From positions 6,572,001 through 6,636,000 of the forward strand of contig CM035352.1 in the NCBI GenBank assembly GCA_020137815.1: a stretch of 64,000 nt of DNA, given 5' to 3'. This DNA comes from Hormiphora californensis. Lineage: Eukaryota > Animalia > Ctenophora. The notes under the pieces are model-generated. The model did no database searches and was not told the DNA's origin. It worked only from the letters and a program-made list of their open reading frames with translations. Below are positions 58,892-64,000 of this stretch, one piece after another; the stretch's first letter is position 1, and each line of letters opens with the position of its first letter. The position numbers and the translations under genes were made by a program.

Positions 58892-59328
58892 TCTGCTGGG
58901 CTATCTGGGTAGAGAGTTGGGGTTAGGTTGACTGAATCATTGGGGGGGGGGGGTAAAATGAAACACGCATTGCTGCATTGTGAGGAAAATAAAAATGTAT
59001 GCACAGTATTATAGACGCAGGAAGTAATTTTAATATCTTCTTCTGTTACACACACGCCCTCTGTTCAACAGAGTCAGGGATTATTTAAAGCGTTGTGAAA
59101 ATATGTTGCATATTTGATTCTACCCTTGTTCTTTTGGAACCTGAGGACTTCTCCAATAACAATAAGGATACAGTACTGATACAGCAACAGAAATTAGAAA
59201 AGATACAAAACTCAATTCGTCAAAAATTATACAAAATAACTCATATAAATCAGCATATATCAAAAGAGAGTTTTCTCAAATTTTCTACAGCCAACGGTGT
59301 CCATCTAGGTAAGAAGTGTTAGTGTATT

Positions 59329-60222
59329 CTAGAATGTAATAAGTGCTGCATTTTCCCTCTGTAGTAGCAGCCTATAGTAGTTCCGGACCCAGATGTTCTG
59401 TATAGCGGTCCAGATCTCCGGTTGAGCGAGGAAGATACACCCATTGAATATGCTGTTTCCGAGCAGGAAGATATGACCCACAGATATAGCCAGTGGACCT
59501 GTCGCAGTGAACCAGATGAAGATACTGGGGTTGTGGGGCAGACCAGGTATCATGTAGACGATTGAGGTGTACTGGTAGTAACCATATGTAAAGAAGTAGG
59601 CAGCGGAGACGAGAAAGACGGACTTGGAAACACGCCGTCGAGCATCATTCACGTAATCCCCGGAGTTAAGAAATACCAACGTCAACCCCGCCAAACCCAG
59701 AATAACCACATTCTCAAATATAGCAAAGATCACAAAGGAACCATAGATACGCTTATCCTTGTTCATGTGGGGGATGTATCTCTTTGCCAGACCAATCCCA
59801 AGACCACTGGCATATGCAAACAGAACAGCCGCTTTAGTGCTGTATCGTGATACCAAGTTGGTATATCTGAATGGCATCACGATGGCAAGAAGACAACAGA
59901 TATTTAGGATAAGGATGATCTGAGTTGAAACCCATAGAAAGTAGGCCTGGATGAAAAAGACAATATGCGACACGAGAGGACACTTTTTCCCTGAGAAACT
60001 GCAATCCAACAGCACTGTATGCAGGAAACCGTTGAAGCCATTCAGAAAATCAATTACCAGGAGACTCATTATGACAAATCCACGAGGTTTCCTCCAGCCG
60101 TGTACCTTTACATACCCAGTAAAGGCCAACGCAGAGAGACAACAGACCAGCGAGCCAAGAAATTGCTCCAAAATAATCCCAACTTGAGGGTAATACAGGT
60201 TGAGATCATGTCGAGTAACCAT
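59329..60222 (-). CDS. Divergent rhodopsin-class 7TM receptor, paralog B
   Basis: 297 aa, colinear with paralog A (FLG.LVCCLS.LA..GY, PRGF, YFLWVS, FTYGYY.YT, WFTA.G.LA.S..HIFLL.N). Confidence 0.75.
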   Translation of the reverse strand: MVTRHDLNLYYPQVGIILEQFLGSLVCCLSALAFTGYVKVHGWRKPRGFVIMSLLVIDFLNGFNGFLHTVLLDCSFSGKKCPLVSHIVFFIQAYFLWVSTQIILILNICCLLAIVMPFRYTNLVSRYSTKAAVLFAYASGLGIGLAKRYIPHMNKDKRIYGSFVIFAIFENVVILGLAGLTLVFLNSGDYVNDARRRVSKSVFLVSAAYFFTYGYYQYTSIVYMIPGLPHNPSIFIWFTATGPLAISVGHIFLLGNSIFNGCIFLAQPEIWTAIQNIWVRNYYRLLLQRENAALITF

Positions 60223-61771
60223 CCTAAGAGAAAGTGCTGCTTTATGGAGGGATTAAATATGTTTACATAAACACAGAGAGCGGGGCCGAGACAAAAACGA
60301 ACGATTTTTTTGACAAGTTTTAGACAAGTTTTTTAGACAAGTTTTAAAAATGATTCAGGTCGGTGTTACCCGACCCATGAAAATACAATAATAATTTAAT
60401 TAATAATTTAAAAACACACTCAAAAAATAAATATAATTAAAAATAAAAGGAAATCTGGAGAAGTGGGGAGGGAGATGGGGAGGGAGAAGGGATCAAGGCA
60501 TGTGTGTATGGGGGGGGGGGGGGGGGTGGTGCATAGTGATAGAGTTGGCGGTAAGTGGAGAAGAGAACAGTGTGGTTAAGGGAGTGGGAATGACCGGGTG
60601 GAAGGGTGAGAGAGAGAAACACGATGCTAAGAGAGAGGTGAACAGCAGTGAGGTGGAGAGGGAGCACTTAAACAGGGGGAAGGGAAGAAGGGAATAGAGG
60701 TAGCAAGACAACGTGCGGGAGGCGGGGGACCGGAGGTAAAGGAGGACTGAGGCTGACGAAGAGCACTGAGAGCAGCTAGGGATGGGTTCCAGGGAAAGGG
60801 CAGCGAGGTCTGGAGAAAAAGGGTGAGATGTAGGAGGGCCAGAGGTGAGGAATGGAAAAGGTGAGAGTACCAGAAGAGCAAGAGGCGAGACGATGATCCG
60901 GATCAAAAAGGGGGGGGGGCTGGAACGAGGAGGGAAATGGAGGAGGTCAAACCAGCGGTGGAGACGACGAGAAGGAAGCGGAGTGTCGGTGGAGCCTGGC
61001 TGTCGGGGACGCCGGACGGGGGACTGACGGAGAGATGCAACTCAGAGAGAGGAAGTAGATGGAAACCACGGACAGGAAAAAGGGCGGTGAGGGCTGGAAA
61101 CGGTGAAGGAGGGCCAGAGATGGAGGTGAGGAAGGAGAGGGGGAGCACCCAGTGAGCAGAAGAGGCGATGATTGGCATACGTTGCAGGCCCCTTATAATA
61201 TAATATAAGGGGCCTGGAGGGAATACCGCGCTAGGGGGGAATACATAATCAATCATATCTCCGGTTCCAGATAAGGTACAGAAATCGTTTTGGTAGCGTT
61301 GGAAAGAAGAAGATAACAGCTTTCAAATGCAACCGGTTTCAGGTCTCTGTCTTATCAGGAACAGGAGATATGAACCAAACTCCGCAAAATCGAGTGCGGT
61401 AAAATAAAAAAATTCGAGATTTTAATTCAAATTTGAAACAAGGTGTCCCTGCAGGGACCTGTGACGTCACTTTTTGAAAACAACCAATCTTTGAACGGCT
61501 ATTGCTCAGCCTCCTCAAGTCCAATTAACTTCTCTCAAAAACAGCAAGGTAGATAATTGTCAGATCTAACAGCTAGTGAAAGAATCAAGCAAAACGGACT
61601 TCAGGGGCCAAAGTTATAAGCACCGCCGTTTTTTCGACCGCAAAGTTATTTTCGACCCAGCCGGGCTCAGGCCAAACGCGCGCGCGGCATTCCCTCCAGT
61701 CCCCTCGTTGCGGGGGTGCGCGCATGAGGGGGCTGCAGCGCATTCCAAAGGCGATGACCTTTGCGTTTTAA

Positions 61772-62040
61772 AGTCCGATTTTTAATAATGTGAACGGGGG
61801 GCGCGCACTTAATTCCACTTAATTCCATTTGCGCGTGCTAAATTTTGTTCCTGACAATCTTAAGACTTGATCCCAAAAGTATCGGAAAGATAATTTTAAG
61901 ACCTTTTCAATGCAACCAAGATAAAGTCTTTATCTTATCAGGAGCCAGAGATATGATCGAAACAAAACGGAAAAAACGTTCCCACGGTGCGTGGGAAAGT
62001 TTTTTGCGCGCCCCCGGTTCGCATTATTAAAAGTCGGACT
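61772..62040. mobile_element. Kolobok-like MITE
   Basis: TTAA|AGTCCGATTTTTAATAATG ... CATTATTAAAAGTCGGACT|TTAA. Confidence 0.75.
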
Positions 62041-62401
62041 TTAAAAATTCGTTCAGCGCGGCGCGCCACAAAATTTCTTTTTTATTTCGCAAAAGTCAAA
62101 TCAATAACGCGCACGCGCATATCCATGCCGCAGCGTAAAGACATAATTTGCACACCATACTCCCAGGCTATTGATTTGGCTATTGTGACATCTAAACACG
62201 GTTTGTTAGGCAATGTAATAATTTAGTTAGCTAAAACACTCGAAACTTGTTACAAAAGGATCTCACACCCTCACTATATCGGAAAAATAACAGTTCTCCT
62301 GTTACTTTCCAACTCCCTAAACAAAAACAGCTCTTTCAGTATCGAGGTTATATATGTGTATCTGTCCCCAAAACGGGACCCTCATACTACACATCATCTA
62401 T

Positions 62402-62908
62402 CTATGGAGAATGGATTCCATAGGTCATGGAATCGGAACCTCGGATCCTGGTTCCATCCATGTCGGTGTAGATAGTATTGAACATCTCATGGGTATCCAG
62501 CTCAGGGGACTCCCGAGCAAACTTGGTTGCCTCGTCAACCACTTTCCTGCATTCCCCATCAATCTCCTGGGAAAGAGTGAGGGTGGAGAAACAGTTGTAT
62601 ATTTGTTGCATGATGAGGCTAAAATTGAGGGGGGATGATGGTGTGGCTCACACCGCATTGTATTAATTAATACTTCAAGGTAATAAGAGATACCATCGAT
62701 CTGATTGTGCACACAAAACACGGTCACTAACCTTGAGCTCAGCTTCAGTGGCAAGTTCTCCCTCAATCATCATACTCTTCACCAGAGTGATGGGATCCTT
62801 CGTCTTCCTGACCTCCTGGACCTCGTCACGGGTCCTGTAGCTGGTACCGGGGTCACTCATACTGTGTCCGTAGTACCGGTAGGTCTCTACCTCGGCAACA
62901 ACGGGGCC
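62402..62908 (-). CDS. PDHA1: Pyruvate dehydrogenase E1 alpha, last two exons (62908-62732 and 62566-62402)
   Basis: GPVVAEVETYRYYGHSMSDPGTSYRTRDEVQEVRKTKDPI; upstream exons are not in the window. Confidence 0.95.
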
Positions 62909-63205
62909 CTGTTACGGAGGGGAAGGGGAGTTAGTTGGGTGGAGTTAGTTGGGCGATGGGGTTAGTTGTTATGGAGAGAGTAAGTTGGGAGAGGGTATTT
63001 ATTGGGGCAGGTTTAGGGCTTGTTATTGAGTGAGAGGTTATGACAAGGAATGGTGAAATGAAAGGGACAATCATCATGTTGTTTGTCGGGTTTCTTCATT
63101 TCAAAAAGAATAATCGTTTTGGTAAAATTTAAATAATAAATTCTATTCTCATCTGTTTACAACCAAAAAGTAAAAAATGTTCTCATTTGATTAACATTCA
63201 AATGT

Positions 63206-64000
63206 TCAAGCGCCAAACACAGTAATTTCAGTGAACTCCAGACAATTATCATCAGACTCTGGCTGGATAAAGACAATCCCACTCCCAGTCATCCCTCCAC
63301 ACTCAATTGTATAGGTCTGACTGGTGATGGAACTACCATCTCTCACCGATATCACCCCACAGAGCTGCATCTTTGCGGGGCGTAGTGAGATGAGAGGTTC
63401 CTTTTTGTTTGTCGCAGGGCGAGGCGGTGAGAGGGGTTCCTTCTTGTTTGAGATAGGAGCATCATCACGCTCCTTCCCCCCAATAACATAAACCAGCACT
63501 CCATCCAACCTCCACCTATTGTAATTCAACTTCCCGTTAATCACCACGACCTTGTCAACACTTGTCAGTGGGTTGATGAAGTGATACTTTAACCAGTGTG
63601 TCTCTCCCTCACACTGAGTGTGACTAGAGGTATTGGTGTCACCGTCCACCGCTAGAGCAGCCTCTCTACCTCCCCATGTTGAGGATTGCTCAACTCTGGT
63701 AGCAGGTATGGGCATGGAGATCTTGAGGGTTTTATCCTCTTCGTACACCTCTATCTCCCGGAGTTCTAGACAGGTAACTACAGGTTGGGAGAGGAACACC
63801 CCAACACCCTTCTCACCCTCACAATCCATCTCATAGGTTTGTGATTTGACTGTGGTGCCTTCTCGCACCTCAATTGCGTTGTTATCGCCGCACCTGTTCA
63901 TATGCCCATTATTACCGATCACGAACACTTCAGTCCGATCCAGTCTGTTCAACTTCCCATTAACTACCACCACCCTACCAACAGAGTAGACACCTCTAAA
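63206..64000 (-). CDS. Tandem F-type-lectin / F5/8 type C-like domain protein, 5' end outside the window
   Basis: VEQSSTWGGREAALAVDGDTNTSSHTQC..WL..VDKVVVIN..RL..CG..C..CLEFTEITVF, with a second partial copy; frame open to 64000. Confidence 0.75.
   Translation of the reverse strand, partial: FRGVYSVGRVVVVNGKLNRLDRTEVFVIGNNGHMNRCGDNNAIEVREGTTVKSQTYEMDCEGEKGVGVFLSQPVVTCLELREIEVYEEDKTLKISMPIPATRVEQSSTWGGREAALAVDGDTNTSSHTQCEGETHWLKYHFINPLTSVDKVVVINGKLNYNRWRLDGVLVYVIGGKERDDAPISNKKEPLSPPRPATNKKEPLISLRPAKMQLCGVISVRDGSSITSQTYTIECGGMTGSGIVFIQPESDDNCLEFTEITVFGA

Noticed and set aside
56730-60222. Opsins
   Set aside because: No lysine at the TM7 retinal-binding position (Leu six residues before the NG motif).
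60430-61200. Possible degraded LINE 3' end or coding region
   Set aside because: Purine-skewed low-complexity sequence with only faint motif hints and no consistent frame.

Overview
Gene-dense, intron-containing eukaryotic DNA, very probably a ctenophore. A 43-nt stretch matches the ctenophore spliced leader as I recall it, and the MITE families and an extracellular domain resemble ones I recall from Pleurobrachia-type gene models; no database search was run. Left to right: an intact-looking Ty1/copia (GalEa-like) LTR retrotransposon running off the left edge; a field of fold-back MITEs; a truncated but open, secreted-type duplicate followed by a full-length PKD1-like polycystin gene; a minus-strand run of VTA1, OST4 (38 aa, absent from the ORF track), HEATR6, USP12/46 and NDUFA6; plus-strand ZCCHC10-like and nicalin genes, nicalin hosting an antisense intronic ORF; an orphan ORF; then a minus-strand run of a protist-type P2X receptor, TAF12, two divergent 7TM receptors flanking an OCIAD1-like gene, and the 3' exons of PDHA with a same-strand F-type-lectin-like ORF apparently inside its intron. 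Main observations: (1) a spliced-leader sequence at the centre of a ~250-bp genomic hairpin, fused to a hammerhead-like core; (2) an acceptor-like site just upstream of nearly every start codon, in tightly packed co-oriented clusters, suggesting trans-splicing and possibly operons; (3) tandem duplications that repeatedly straddle splice sites. Five frameshifts are each repaired by removing one base and are probably assembly errors.
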